UHGV virus genome: UHGV-0350075
Reading direction: 5' to 3' (one strand)
Length of the DNA stretch: 53,531 nt
From: a virus
The position numbers and the translations under genes were made by a program. This document shows positions 53,526 through 53,531 of this stretch, piece after piece (positions within the stretch are counted from its first letter, which is position 1; each line of letters starts with the position of its first letter). The notes beneath the pieces were generated by a model. That model had not been told where the DNA came from and searched no databases. It saw only the letters and a list, made by a program, of their open reading frames with translations.

Positions 53526-53531
53526 TTTTAT

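Overview
This 53.5-kb window is almost entirely a temperate lambdoid siphovirus genome (phage or prophage form, apparently enterobacterial). No host flanking genes or rRNA/tRNA/CRISPR were seen. Layout: a leftward early operon on the reverse strand (N-like antiterminator, Erf, SSB, small genes, Dam-like MTase) runs leftward from a CI-type repressor at 6455..7102. A rightward early operon on the forward strand (HTH protein, replication initiator, HTH-metallophosphoesterase fusion, DnaB helicase, NinB, Xis-like) converges on a tyrosine integrase with an attP-like repeat region. The rest is reverse-strand: NinF/NinG/RusA/Q, about 18 small accessory genes, a pinholin/SAR-endolysin/Rz/Rz1 lysis cassette, terminase, portal, head genes, and a lambda-like tail set (tape measure, M, L, K, I, J) ending in a side tail fibre. 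Forward-strand moron islets interrupt the tail operon at terminator-bounded junctions. Product calls rest on motifs and remembered similarity to lambda/P22 proteins; nothing was searched against a database. The most unusual feature is a tightly packed tandem array of 11 genes for 22-32-aa hydrophobic peptides between the lysis cassette and terS. Also notable are a recurring CCATTTTGTAAAC motif and six TGTGA-N6-TCACA palindromes in intergenic regions.
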